In this document: one piece after another, positions 28,736 through 38,487 of the stretch
Numbering within the stretch: the first letter of the stretch is position 1
How the letters are laid out: the number at the start of each line of letters is the position of its first letter
Assembly (NCBI GenBank): GCA_046483305.1
Contig: JAWODM010000006.1
Span: 1 to 56,229, forward strand
Reading direction: 5' to 3'
Source of the DNA: Candidatus Krumholzibacteriales bacterium
GTDB taxonomy: Bacteria > Krumholzibacteriota > Krumholzibacteriia > Krumholzibacteriales > WJIX01
Length of the DNA stretch: 56,229 bases
The notes under the pieces: model-generated
Database searches by the model: none
Told to the model about the DNA's origin: nothing
Seen by the model: only the letters and a program-made list of their open reading frames with translations
Translations under genes and position numbers: made by a program

Positions 28736-28753
28736 GGCAATCGATATGCCGTA
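28736..28753 (-). promoter_or_regulatory. Putative sigma54 (-24/-12) promoter of the DUF11 operon
   Basis: Minus strand reads TACGGCATATCGATTGCC, i.e. GGCA-N6-TTGC with exact GG-N10-GC spacing, about 120 nt upstream of the first start codon. Confidence 0.55.
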
Positions 28754-28812
28754 CTGGTTCAGATTACACAGATAAATGGGCCGAAGAAGCCGCCTGGAAA
28801 AAACGGGCGGTA

Positions 28813-28837
28813 TAACTTATTGTATATCAATGGATAA
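28813..28837. promoter_or_regulatory. IHF-like binding site upstream of the sigma54 motif
   Basis: taacttattgtatatcaatggataa contains near matches to WATCAA-N4-TTR on both strands, about 60-85 bp upstream of the -24 element. Confidence 0.4.
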
Positions 28838-29116
28838 CAGAATAGAAACGGAAGGGCACTACCAGGCATTTTAAGGAACAACCGGAAACTCCGGGCAACG
28901 TACGAGTATTACACGGTATTTCAAAAACCGTGAGTCATTCGCAATATGCAATGTGATAAAACTATGGAATCAGGGTATCATCCGGATTCAAACTATTTCT
29001 TTTCTATATGCGGGAATCCCTTATAATATAGACGAGCTGTCACCTCTTCGACCAGCGGATACACTGATTGGGGGAACAGGCAACATTCAACAATACCGAT
29101 GGAAGGAAGGACCGGA

Positions 29117-30271
29117 ATGAACGAATCAGCAGAGAAGAATAAATACAGCATTGACCCGAAAGAAGTAAAAAGGATTGGGATATTGACCGGCGGGGGAGAC
29201 TGCCCCGGCCTGAACGCGGCTATCAGAGGATTCGTCCGATGCTGCAATAACGTTTACGGCTGGAAGGTTATCGGTATCAGAGATGGATTCGACGGAATCC
29301 TGTCCGAGGATTTCATGGAAATATCTACCAGTGACACCAGGGGGCTGCAGGTTCTGGGCGGAACCATTCTCGGCACTTCCAACCGGGGTAACCCGCTGAA
29401 ATACCCGGTGGAAGAGGACGGGATAATTGTAACCAGAGATGTGACCGATCAGATTCTGAAAAACCTGAGAAAACATAAGATAGATGTTCTGGTTTCAGTC
29501 GGCGGGGACGGGACAATGAAAATAGCCCAGTCGATTCTGGAGAAGGGATTTCCGGTAATTGGCATTCCCAAGACCATAGATAATGACCTCGGGGCGACCG
29601 ATGTGACTTTCGGTTACAACAGCGCGCTGTCATGCGCCACCAACGCTCTGGACAAACTGCACACCACCGCCGAAAGCCATCACCGCGCCCTGGTTCTGGA
29701 GGTAATGGGCAGAGACTGCGGCTGGATTGCCCTGGAGGCCGGCATAGCAGGGGGGGCCGATGTTATCCTCATCCCCGAAATCCCCTTCGACATGGATACA
29801 GTAAACCGGCACATTCACGAAAGAAAGAAGTCCGGAAGCAGGTTCAGCATAATCGCCGCGGCCGAAGGCGCTTTTCCGCTGCGCGGCTCCAAGGTTTATA
29901 AGAAGAAACCGGGGCCGGACGGCAGCCCCGGCAAACTCGGAGGAATCGCGGACTGGGTTGCCGACAAGATAAACTTCTCCACCGAGATCGAAACCAGAGT
30001 GGCTGTCCTGGGACACCTTCAGAGAGGCGGTACCCCCACCACTTTCGACAGGGTGCTGGCAACCCGTTTCGGGGTGGAAGCGGCCCATCTGATCGGTAAC
30101 GGGAAAATCGGCAAGATAGTCTGCCTGAGGGGAAGAGAAATCAAATCATACGACATAAAATCGGCTATCAAGAACCTGAAGGTGGTCAATCCTGACGGTC
30201 AGACCGTCAGGACCGCGGAAGCTCTTGGAATCTGCATGGGCAGAGAAAATAAATACGGAAAAGGAAATTAA
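29117..30271 (+). CDS. pfkA: 6-phosphofructokinase (PfkA family, group III-like)
   Basis: ILTGGGDCPGLN, GGTILGTS, GGDGT (Gly at the donor-specificity position suggests ATP), PKTIDND, EVMGR, LGHLQRGG. Confidence 0.93.
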   Translation: MNESAEKNKYSIDPKEVKRIGILTGGGDCPGLNAAIRGFVRCCNNVYGWKVIGIRDGFDGILSEDFMEISTSDTRGLQVLGGTILGTSNRGNPLKYPVEEDGIIVTRDVTDQILKNLRKHKIDVLVSVGGDGTMKIAQSILEKGFPVIGIPKTIDNDLGATDVTFGYNSALSCATNALDKLHTTAESHHRALVLEVMGRDCGWIALEAGIAGGADVILIPEIPFDMDTVNRHIHERKKSGSRFSIIAAAEGAFPLRGSKVYKKKPGPDGSPGKLGGIADWVADKINFSTEIETRVAVLGHLQRGGTPTTFDRVLATRFGVEAAHLIGNGKIGKIVCLRGREIKSYDIKSAIKNLKVVNPDGQTVRTAEALGICMGRENKYGKGN

Positions 30272-30307
30272 AAGCCCTTTCCGATCCCGGGAGAGGGAGC
30301 CGGATAA

Positions 30308-32008
30308 CTAATCCTTCAGCCCCAGCTCTTTTACCGATATTTCCTTCATCTTGTATTTCTGTACCTTTCCGGTCACCGTCTTGGGGAATTCATCCACAAA
30401 CATTATGTACCCGGGGATTTTATAATGGGCTATCTGACCTTCGCAGAAATCCCTTATCTCCTGTTCGTCCGCCTCTTCCCCCTGGTGAAGCTGAATCCAG
30501 GCGCACACCTCTTCGCCGTATTTCCCGGAAGGAACTCCTATTACCTGGGCATCCATTATCTTCGGATTGGTATAAAGAAACTCCTCTATCTCCCTGGGAT
30601 AGATATTCTCGCCCCCCCTGATCATCATATTCTTGATCCTGCCGGTAATCTGAAAGGTGCCGTCTTCGCGCATCCTTCCCAGATCTCCGGTGTGTATCCA
30701 TCCCGCTTCATCTATGGTTTCAGCGGTGGCCTCCGGTTTATTATAATATCCCCTCATTACCTGATAACCGCGGCAGCATATTTCTCCCTGTTCCCCGATA
30801 GGCACTATCCTGCCCGTTTCCGGGGAAATAACTTTTATCTCGGTGTGAGGAAGAGGCGGGCCCACCGTCTCAGTCCTTCTTTCCAGGGTATCATTGCTGG
30901 GAGTCTGGGTTACCACCGGGGAAGTTTCGGTCTGCCCGTACGCGATGGTTACCTCTTTCATGTTCATCTCGTTATTGACCTTTTTCATGATTTCCACCGG
31001 GCAGGGAGCTCCGGCCATTATCCCGGTTCTGAGAGTCGAGAGGTCAAACTTCTCGAAATCAGAATGTGAGAGCTTCGCTATGAACATGGTGGGAACCCCG
31101 TGAAGGGCGGTGCACTTCTCCCGCTCTACCGCCTTCAGGACCTTTTCCGCGTCGAAGTATTCACATGGTATCACCATGGTGGCTCCGTGAGTAACACAGG
31201 CCAGATTTGAAAGAACCATTCCGAAACAGTGGTAGAAGGGTACCGGTATGCACAACCTGTCTTCACTGGTGAATTTCATGGTTTCACCGACGAAGAAGCC
31301 ATTATTGAGTATATTATGATGAGTCAGGCTGGCTCCCTTGGGAAGGCCGGTGGTGCCCGATGTATACTGAACATTGATGATATCGTCAAAATCGCAATCA
31401 TCCCGCCTGGCCTGAAACTCTTCGTCGCTGACATTTTCTCCCAGCTGCATGAATTCATCCCATGAATACATACCCGGCTCCTTCTGCCCCCCGATCAAAA
31501 CCACGTTCCTGAGAAGTGGAAGGGCCTTCGAATCGAGCTCTCCCGGCTGGCAGCTGTCCAGTTCCGGGGTTACCTCGCGGAGCATCCGCACATACTGGGA
31601 GCTTTTGAAATCCGGTATCAGGAAAAGAGTCTGGGTCTCGGAGTCACCGAGGCCGTATTTGAGTTCATGAACCCGGTAGGCAGGGTTTACGGTAACCAGT
31701 ACGGCGCCTATCAGGGCGGTCGAAAACTGCACTATAACCCATTCGGCATGATTGGTAGCCCAGATCGCCACCCGGTCTCCCCTCCTGACTCCCATCGCCA
31801 TCATGCTCCTGGCCGCTCTGCAGCACTCTTCGTAGAACTCGCTGTAAGTATATCTCAGATTTCCCGGCACATAGACCAGAGCTTCATTATCGGGATATTT
31901 TGAGGCGATTCTCTCGAACATCTCTCCGATGGTCTCTCCGATCAGCTTCTCCTCCGACCCCGTAAAAGCGTAACTGAGCCCGTTGCCGTTTTCCCGCTGT
32001 TGGTTCAT
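30308..32008 (-). CDS. AMP-binding acyl-CoA synthetase (fatty-acyl-CoA ligase family)
   Basis: YTSGTTGLPKG, YGQTETSP, HTGDLG, RGGENIYPREIE, PKTVTGKVQK. Confidence 0.92.
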   Translation of the reverse strand: MNQQRENGNGLSYAFTGSEEKLIGETIGEMFERIASKYPDNEALVYVPGNLRYTYSEFYEECCRAARSMMAMGVRRGDRVAIWATNHAEWVIVQFSTALIGAVLVTVNPAYRVHELKYGLGDSETQTLFLIPDFKSSQYVRMLREVTPELDSCQPGELDSKALPLLRNVVLIGGQKEPGMYSWDEFMQLGENVSDEEFQARRDDCDFDDIINVQYTSGTTGLPKGASLTHHNILNNGFFVGETMKFTSEDRLCIPVPFYHCFGMVLSNLACVTHGATMVIPCEYFDAEKVLKAVEREKCTALHGVPTMFIAKLSHSDFEKFDLSTLRTGIMAGAPCPVEIMKKVNNEMNMKEVTIAYGQTETSPVVTQTPSNDTLERRTETVGPPLPHTEIKVISPETGRIVPIGEQGEICCRGYQVMRGYYNKPEATAETIDEAGWIHTGDLGRMREDGTFQITGRIKNMMIRGGENIYPREIEEFLYTNPKIMDAQVIGVPSGKYGEEVCAWIQLHQGEEADEQEIRDFCEGQIAHYKIPGYIMFVDEFPKTVTGKVQKYKMKEISVKELGLKD

Positions 32009-32038
32009 TACTATCAACCTTCCTGTTTCCGGTTATGA

Positions 32039-33697
32039 CTATTTCTTTTTCCATTCCTGTTTCTTGAGTTCTCCCCTTCTGATCTTGCCGCTGACAGTCT
32101 TGGGGAGTGTTTTAACGAATTCTATCGCTCGAGGGTACTTGTATGGGGCGGTGACTTCCTTGACATGGTCCTGAAGCTCCTTAACCAGGTCATCATCCGG
32201 TTCGTAATCTTCAGCCAGTATCACGAAAGCTTTTACGATCTCGCCCCTTACCTCATCGGGAGAAGCCACCACAGCTGATTCAGCCACGGCGGGATGCTCC
32301 ACCAGGGCGCTTTCAACCTCGAAAGGCCCGATCCGGTAACCCGCCGAAAGAATTACATCGTCCGCTCTGCCCACGAACCAGAAATATCCGTCTTCGTCAC
32401 GGTATGCTTTATCCCCGGTGTAATAGTAATCGCCGCTGAAAACAGACCTGGTCTTATCCGGGTCCTTCCAGTACTCCTTGAACAGGCCTACCGGGCGTTC
32501 CGGCTTCACCTTTACCACGATGTAACCCTCCTCTCCCACATCGGTTTCCTCCTGGTTGTCGTCCACGACCCTTACGTCGAAACCGGGAGCGGGCAGCCCC
32601 ATGGAACCTGTCTTTACCTTTTTACACCTGAAATTAGCGCAAAGGTTAACTGTCTCGGTCTGGCCATATCCGTCATAAATCCTGGTCCCGGTGGCCTTCT
32701 CCCAGACATTTATTATCTCGGGGTTCAGCGGCTCGCCGGCGCTCATGCAGTGCCTTATCGACGAAAGGTCATAATCGGCCAGAGGCAGCTGCGCGAACAT
32801 CCGGTACGCGGTCGGGGGAGCGCAGAAAGTGGTTATACCCTGGTCTTCTATCAGGCGCAGGGTCAGTTTGGCGTCAAATTTATCCCTGGAATAGTGGTTG
32901 AAAACTGCCGCTCCCATGGTCCACTGGCCGAAGAGGGATCCCCAGGCAGCTTTTGCCCATCCCGTATCGGTAACGGTCCAGTGAAGATCGGTCGGTTTCA
33001 GATCCTGCCAGAACTGTGCGGTTATCCTGTGCGCTATCGCGTATGAAGCCTGAGTATGAAGGACCATCTTGGGGTGCGATACCGTTCCGGAAGTGAAATA
33101 CAGGAGCATGGTATCATCGCTTCTGGTCTTTTCAACATCCTCCAGAACCGGTGAAGCCTCATTTATCACTTTATCCCATTTCAGCCAGCCCCTCCGGTTC
33201 CCGGTAGCCAGGATCAGGGTCTTGAGAGAAGGGCAGTTTTCGAGCTCGGCTTCGACTTTGGCGGCGTCGGGGCTGTCCGTTATCACTCCCACCGCCTCGG
33301 CTTCGTTCAGCCTGTACCTGATATCCTTGCTGGTAAGCAGAGTGGTTGAAGGGATCGGAATAACGCCTATCTTAATCATCCCTGTCATCGCAATATACCA
33401 CTGGGGCATCCAGTGGAGCATAACCATCACCCGGTCGCCTTTCTTTATACCCTGCTCACGCAGGACATTTGCAAATCTGTTCGACTCCCTCTTCAGTTCA
33501 TAGAAGGTCCTCTTCTTAACTATCTCTCCATCCTCGTCAGCGATGGCAAAGGCCAGCTTGGTCCTGTCTCTGGCCCATTTGTCCACCACGTCGAAGCCGA
33601 AATTAAAATATTCAGGCACCTCCAGAGAGAAATCGCTCCGTGTTTTTTCATAATCAGTCATATTAGGAATCTGCGCTTTATCCTCTTTGCTGGTCAT
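32039..33697 (-). CDS. Short/medium-chain acyl-CoA (acetyl-CoA-like) synthetase
   Basis: YFTSGTVSHPK, DTGWAK, SAGEPLN, GYGQTET, GYRIGPFEVES, LPKTVSGKIRR. GAGGAG RBS before the ATG at 33697. Confidence 0.92.
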   Translation of the reverse strand: MTSKEDKAQIPNMTDYEKTRSDFSLEVPEYFNFGFDVVDKWARDRTKLAFAIADEDGEIVKKRTFYELKRESNRFANVLREQGIKKGDRVMVMLHWMPQWYIAMTGMIKIGVIPIPSTTLLTSKDIRYRLNEAEAVGVITDSPDAAKVEAELENCPSLKTLILATGNRRGWLKWDKVINEASPVLEDVEKTRSDDTMLLYFTSGTVSHPKMVLHTQASYAIAHRITAQFWQDLKPTDLHWTVTDTGWAKAAWGSLFGQWTMGAAVFNHYSRDKFDAKLTLRLIEDQGITTFCAPPTAYRMFAQLPLADYDLSSIRHCMSAGEPLNPEIINVWEKATGTRIYDGYGQTETVNLCANFRCKKVKTGSMGLPAPGFDVRVVDDNQEETDVGEEGYIVVKVKPERPVGLFKEYWKDPDKTRSVFSGDYYYTGDKAYRDEDGYFWFVGRADDVILSAGYRIGPFEVESALVEHPAVAESAVVASPDEVRGEIVKAFVILAEDYEPDDDLVKELQDHVKEVTAPYKYPRAIEFVKTLPKTVSGKIRRGELKKQEWKKK

Positions 33698-33794
33698 TTC
33701 TGCTCCTCGGAAATTAAATTCAAGAAACTTTTGGGAAAACATAGTGAACCGCTACCGCCGGTGCAAGGCGAAACTCCCGCGGGAATTGATATGG

Positions 33795-34355
33795 TCAGAC
33801 AGGATCTCCCCTCCCCGACCTGATCAGAACGAATCTCTGGCAGGGAGAGAATAAAATAAGCAGTGAAAAAATCAGAAGGGCTGTGTTTTCTATAATTTTC
33901 TTCCAGGCATAGGTCGGCTCGAACCCGCATCCGCAATCGAAATACACCTCTGTAAACGGGATGGCAGCCGCATCCATTATCCCTGTAGTCCGGTAAACCA
34001 CCACTCCAAGGAAACCCGCCATTAAAACCGAGAATATCAATGAACCGCCCCTGATAAAAATCCCGGTCAGAAGCGATATCCCGCAGACGATCTCCAGCCA
34101 CGGCAAGAAAACAGCCATGACATACAGGAGAGGCGAATCGCCTATAACTTCATACATTTTAATCTGATCGGCAAAAATAAGAGGATTGTTTATCTTTTGA
34201 AGCCCGGCATACAGAAAAACGGCGGCTATGATGACTCTCAGGGCCAGTTGCGGATACCGATTGAAAATCCATCCGGAAGGCTTTCCCTCCGGGGAAGGTT
34301 CAAAAAGAAGCCCGCGGATGGACTCCCGGTTCATGTTGTCTCGGGCAGCTGCCAT
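33795..34355 (-). CDS. MauE/DoxX-family membrane protein
   Basis: LRVIIAAVFLYAGLQKI, LPWLEIVCG and DCGCG motifs; four hydrophobic segments. Confidence 0.85.
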   Translation of the reverse strand: MAAARDNMNRESIRGLLFEPSPEGKPSGWIFNRYPQLALRVIIAAVFLYAGLQKINNPLIFADQIKMYEVIGDSPLLYVMAVFLPWLEIVCGISLLTGIFIRGGSLIFSVLMAGFLGVVVYRTTGIMDAAAIPFTEVYFDCGCGFEPTYAWKKIIENTALLIFSLLILFSPCQRFVLIRSGRGDPV

Positions 34356-34861
34356 TATTCAATACCTCTCTCCACCGGGCGACCCCGCTCTTCCCAGGTT
34401 GAAAATCCGCCCTTGAACACATGAAGGTTTTCGTATCCAAGCGAATATAGCTCCCTTGCCAGCTGCTCGGCAATCCCGCATGAGGGTGAGGAGCAGTATA
34501 TCACGGTGTTCCGTGTCGGGTCCAGCTGGGGAAGAACCATATCTATATATTTGCTGAACATATAGTAATCGAAAAGGATTGCCCCGGGGATGTGGCCTTT
34601 ATTATATGCCTCCTCTGTTCTGGCATCTATCAGGATCGCCCCCCTGTCCAGTATTTTCAGCATCCGTTCCATATCTATAATTTCCACACCGAAATCCCCC
34701 TCCCGGTACTTCCTGTTCACATCTTCCCTGCCCGACCTGTCCCGGAAGGGATCTATGCCGCTTTCGGAAACCGAATTGTATGAAAAGGCAAGAACAAGGG
34801 CTATAGCGGCAATTATAACCGATTGTACGATAGCAATTTTAAGTATCTTCAATAGCTTCAT
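34355..34861 (-). CDS. Membrane-anchored rhodanese-like domain protein
   Basis: N-terminal TM helix, LIDAR, GHIPGA, active-loop YCSSPSC, GGFSTW. Confidence 0.88.
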   Translation of the reverse strand: MKLLKILKIAIVQSVIIAAIALVLAFSYNSVSESGIDPFRDRSGREDVNRKYREGDFGVEIIDMERMLKILDRGAILIDARTEEAYNKGHIPGAILFDYYMFSKYIDMVLPQLDPTRNTVIYCSSPSCGIAEQLARELYSLGYENLHVFKGGFSTWEERGRPVERGIE

Positions 34862-34940
34862 CTTATCCAGACTTTTCAGGGGATTTTATGCTGTGCTGAT
34901 CATTCCTGCTTTTTCAGTATTTCCGGCACCTGGCTTCCGG

Positions 34941-35960
34941 TTACCAGATGCTCCGCCATATACCATCATCTACCGTTCCGATATATACCCTTTCTTCGGA
35001 ATCTATAACCATACTGGTCACTTTCAGCTCGGTAAGAGGCAGGCCGTCATTAACCGGGGCCCATTCCCATACATCCCAGGTTGCCCTGAAAACGCCGTCA
35101 TATATGGTTCCGGCGTAGATTTTATCTCCGGACGTCACCCCCAGGCACCTGATATCCGAGTTGCCTCCGGGGAATCCGGCATTCTTGACAACCCAGGTGG
35201 AATCTCCCCTGTAAATCGCAAACCCCTCCGTAAAACCGCACATCAGGAGATCGCGATCGCCCCTCTTCAGAGAGGTGATGGTAGCAAGTTCATGATCCTC
35301 TATTTTATTAAGCGCCTGCCAGGTTTCGGCGTTATCACAGGATTTATAGCTGTCGCCGGCCCAGCATCCCATATATATACAGCCGTCGGAATCTATCTCC
35401 ATGGAGGTGAAATCCTTGTTTTCAATAGAAGTACCCAGCATCTGCCAGGAGGAGTCCGGGTGCTCGGTCCTGTAAATAGCCTGGCCGTATACGGCGGCAT
35501 AGATATTGCCGTCAGGGGCGCATTCGATATGCCTGATGTCTTTGAGCTGCGGCCTCCCGATCGAATCAACCAGAGTGAAAACATTGCCGTTGTCGCTGGA
35601 GATGAATATTTTGCCTTCCCTGGTTCCCACCAGCATATCATCACCGATGAAACAGAAGGAACTTATATTGCCGGTATATGTGGTGTCGATTGAAACAGTA
35701 CCCGTAACCGCCCAGGTATTTCCATAGTCGGGAGAGCGGAACAGCACCTTTCTATTGCTGCTCTTAAGTACATAAAGGTTCTCCTGCGAATCGAATTTCA
35801 TTCTGGAGATGGCGCTGCTTCCTATTCCCTGAATCTTTTCCCAGACCGGTTCGCGTTCCTGCCCGGGCTTTATCAACTCTTCTTCGCTGCATCCGTATCC
35901 GGCCAGGATGAAAACCGATACGGCAAGAATTAATAAAAGTCTGATTGGTATAACCTTCAC
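34941..35960 (-). CDS. Beta-propeller (BNR/two-component-regulator-propeller-like) putative lipoprotein
   Basis: GAGGAGG RBS before the GTG at 35960; hydrophobic leader ending AGYGC; Asp-box-like SPDYGNTW, SSDNGNVF, SCDNAETW; repeated IYxGT..G. Confidence 0.78.
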   Translation of the reverse strand: MKVIPIRLLLILAVSVFILAGYGCSEEELIKPGQEREPVWEKIQGIGSSAISRMKFDSQENLYVLKSSNRKVLFRSPDYGNTWAVTGTVSIDTTYTGNISSFCFIGDDMLVGTREGKIFISSDNGNVFTLVDSIGRPQLKDIRHIECAPDGNIYAAVYGQAIYRTEHPDSSWQMLGTSIENKDFTSMEIDSDGCIYMGCWAGDSYKSCDNAETWQALNKIEDHELATITSLKRGDRDLLMCGFTEGFAIYRGDSTWVVKNAGFPGGNSDIRCLGVTSGDKIYAGTIYDGVFRATWDVWEWAPVNDGLPLTELKVTSMVIDSEERVYIGTVDDGIWRSIW

Positions 35961-36179
35961 TTTAGTCCTCCTCAATATGATAAAATCAACCTCTCCGGCC
36001 CGGATGCTTCCGCATACACCGATTGGCGGCAAATATCGGAAGGCATGAATATTTTATATCTGACATTGTAATTTAATAAATTGGATACGGCAAATTCAAG
36101 CTTATCCTCAAAACAGGGGGGAAAATATTTTTATACATGGTTCTGGAAAAAAGGCAAATAACCTGTTTAAATTGTATCC

Positions 36180-37172
36180 ATGAACGATAATCAAGCACGA
36201 ATTACAGGTAAAATGATTGCTATTAACCCGGAGAATATCGACATTGGAGTCCGGTCTCCGCTGAGGTTGAGGAAAACTCTTCCCGGAGAAACGGGTCAAG
36301 CTGCTGAAGATAAAGCCCTTATAAACTCTGTTGAAAAGCTGGGAATTCTTCAGCCGCCCCTGCTGTGCGGGAACCGGGGAGATGGTCCGACAGCGGTATT
36401 CGGTCACCGCAGGATCGCCGCGGCCGCCTCCTGCGGAATAGAGAAGATTCCCGCCACCTTTATTTCAGAATGCGATACGGGCAAACAGCGGATAATTTCA
36501 GCAAGAATAGAGGAGATGAAATCCGGCGGGCAGCTGTCCGGGCTTGAAAAGATCATAGCCGTAACAAAACTGACATCCTTTGCCGGGGATGAAACTCCGG
36601 GAATCATCAATCAGCTGTCGCAATGCTACGGAAGGAAACTGTCCGGCACGTATATATCAAAACTGGCCGGCCTTCTCGAACTTGACTCCGGCACCCTGGA
36701 AGCGCTTCATGAGGGAAGGGTATCAACCGGAGATCTTATAATGCTCTCGGAACACCTGCTGCTTGATCCAGGCCAGGCAGTCTCTCTGCTGAAAAGTGAA
36801 AATTTCAGCCGGGGAAAACAGAAAGAGGCGATTCGCCTGATGCTTTATCTGGCAGACCAGGGAAAAGAAAGATGGGAGAAATTCCTGAAAAGCCGCGTAA
36901 ACAGCGACAGGCCTCTTCTGGAATCCCTGCGCCGGGCCTGCCGCCCGGAAATGGAGAGAGACCTTCGGCGGATTGGAGAGATAATCAGCAGCCTGAGGCT
37001 GCCCTCAGAGGCATCCATAGTACCCCCCCGGAATCTGGAAGGCGACAGTTTCAGGCTCATTATAAGATTGCGTGACAAGCCATCTCTGACGAAAGCATTA
37101 AGTAAACTGGAAAAGGGGCTGGAAGATGGGAAAATCCTCAACCTGCTGGATATCCTTCTGGGAAGAGATTGA
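36180..37172 (+). CDS. ParB/Srx N-terminal-domain protein
   Basis: LINSVEKLGILQPPL and FGHRRIAA (arginine patch), followed by a helical region. No parA nearby. Confidence 0.75.
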   Translation: MNDNQARITGKMIAINPENIDIGVRSPLRLRKTLPGETGQAAEDKALINSVEKLGILQPPLLCGNRGDGPTAVFGHRRIAAAASCGIEKIPATFISECDTGKQRIISARIEEMKSGGQLSGLEKIIAVTKLTSFAGDETPGIINQLSQCYGRKLSGTYISKLAGLLELDSGTLEALHEGRVSTGDLIMLSEHLLLDPGQAVSLLKSENFSRGKQKEAIRLMLYLADQGKERWEKFLKSRVNSDRPLLESLRRACRPEMERDLRRIGEIISSLRLPSEASIVPPRNLEGDSFRLIIRLRDKPSLTKALSKLEKGLEDGKILNLLDILLGRD

Positions 37173-37185
37173 GATTTATACATTC

Positions 37186-37215
37186 TTGACAGAATTAACA
37201 GAGAGATTCTATCCT
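37186..37215 (+). promoter_or_regulatory. Putative sigma70 promoter for apgM
   Basis: TTGACA-18 nt-TATCCT. Confidence 0.4.
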
Positions 37216-37273
37216 GAATAATAAGGAAATTCATGCTTCAATCCAGGGTCGAGCTGAACAAAGGAGACGAATA

Positions 37274-38479
37274 ATGATCGGCGACCTGTTAATACCTTCT
37301 GAGAAGAAAATAATTCTGCTGGTGATGGATGGGCTTGGCGGGATCAGAAACAGGGAATTCCCCGAAACGGCTCTGGAGGCGGCATCCACTCCAAACCTTG
37401 ACAGGCTGGCGGCAGAAGGGGCCTGCGGCAGATCAACGCCGATATCTCCGGGTATAACCCCGGGAAGCGGCCCCGCCCATTTCGCGCTTTTCGGGTATGA
37501 CCCACTGGCTCCCCGAAATGACGCCGGACGCGGGGCGGTAGAGGTAACCGGAGTCGGTTTCGATCTGAAGAAGGATGACGTGGCTATTCGCGGCAACTTC
37601 GCCACTGTCAACAGCGAGGGGGTGCTTACCGACAGGAGAGCGGGCCGGATACCTCATGAGGAGGGTGTCCGGATCTGCGATAAGTTAAGCGACAAAATCA
37701 GGGAAATTGACGGTATAGAGATAATCATCATGCCGGTCAGGGAATACCGGTTCGGAGTGGTCCTGCGGGGCAAGGGACTGAACCCGGAGGTCGAAGAGAC
37801 TGATCCCCAGAGCGTAGACAACAAGCCATTACCTCCAAGGGCGCGGACCGATGAAGCCGAGTTCACAGCGGAAGTAATTTCCAAATTTATCGACCGCTGC
37901 AATCAGGTGCTCTCCGATGAGGAGAAAGCCAATACCGTTCTGATGAGAGGAATATCCAGAAAGCCTGATATCAGGCCATTCAGAGACAAATTCAATCTTA
38001 ATGCCGCCGCGGTGGCGTCATATCCCCTGTACAGAGGGGTGGCGGGACTATGCGGCATGACTATCCTGGATACCGGATTCTCTCCGGAGGAAGAATTTGA
38101 AACGGTCCGCTCCAACTATCATGAAGAATACAACTTCTTTTTTATTCATATAAAGAAAACTGATTCATACGGGGAAGACGGGAACCTGGAAAAGAAGAAG
38201 GAAGTAATAGAGGATGTTGATTCAAAACTCCCCATCCTCACGGGCCTCAACCCTGACGTAATAATCGTAACCGGCGACCATTCCACTCCCTGCGCGCTTA
38301 AGAGCCATTCATGGCATCCCGTTCCCTTTCTGATCTTTTCCAACCGCTGCGGGAGGGACAGGGCGGAGGCCTTCAGCGAGAGCGAGTGCGACCGGGGCGC
38401 TCTGGGAGTATTCCCTGCCACATTGATTATGCCCCTCGTTCTGGCTAATGCCGGTATGTTAAAGAAATTCGGAGCCTGA
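37274..38479 (+). CDS. apgM: 2,3-bisphosphoglycerate-independent phosphoglycerate mutase (archaeal/ApgM type)
   Basis: LVMDGLGG, TPNLD, PGSGPAHFALFGYDP, DRRAGRI, TGDHSTP, HSWHPVP. Confidence 0.93.
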   Translation: MIGDLLIPSEKKIILLVMDGLGGIRNREFPETALEAASTPNLDRLAAEGACGRSTPISPGITPGSGPAHFALFGYDPLAPRNDAGRGAVEVTGVGFDLKKDDVAIRGNFATVNSEGVLTDRRAGRIPHEEGVRICDKLSDKIREIDGIEIIIMPVREYRFGVVLRGKGLNPEVEETDPQSVDNKPLPPRARTDEAEFTAEVISKFIDRCNQVLSDEEKANTVLMRGISRKPDIRPFRDKFNLNAAAVASYPLYRGVAGLCGMTILDTGFSPEEEFETVRSNYHEEYNFFFIHIKKTDSYGEDGNLEKKKEVIEDVDSKLPILTGLNPDVIIVTGDHSTPCALKSHSWHPVPFLIFSNRCGRDRAEAFSESECDRGALGVFPATLIMPLVLANAGMLKKFGA

Positions 38480-38487
38480 CAGGTCCC

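Noticed and set aside
28618..28740. N-terminal extension of the 204-aa ORF to the TTG at 28740
   Set aside because: That TTG lies inside the sigma54 -12 element. The ATG at 28617 has an AGGAGG RBS and starts a clean signal peptide.
28620..29000. c-di-GMP or other riboswitch ahead of the DUF11 operon
   Set aside because: I looked for the GEMM core (GGCAAAC...GAAA...GACGCAAAGC) and did not find it. An Infernal/Rfam scan would settle this.
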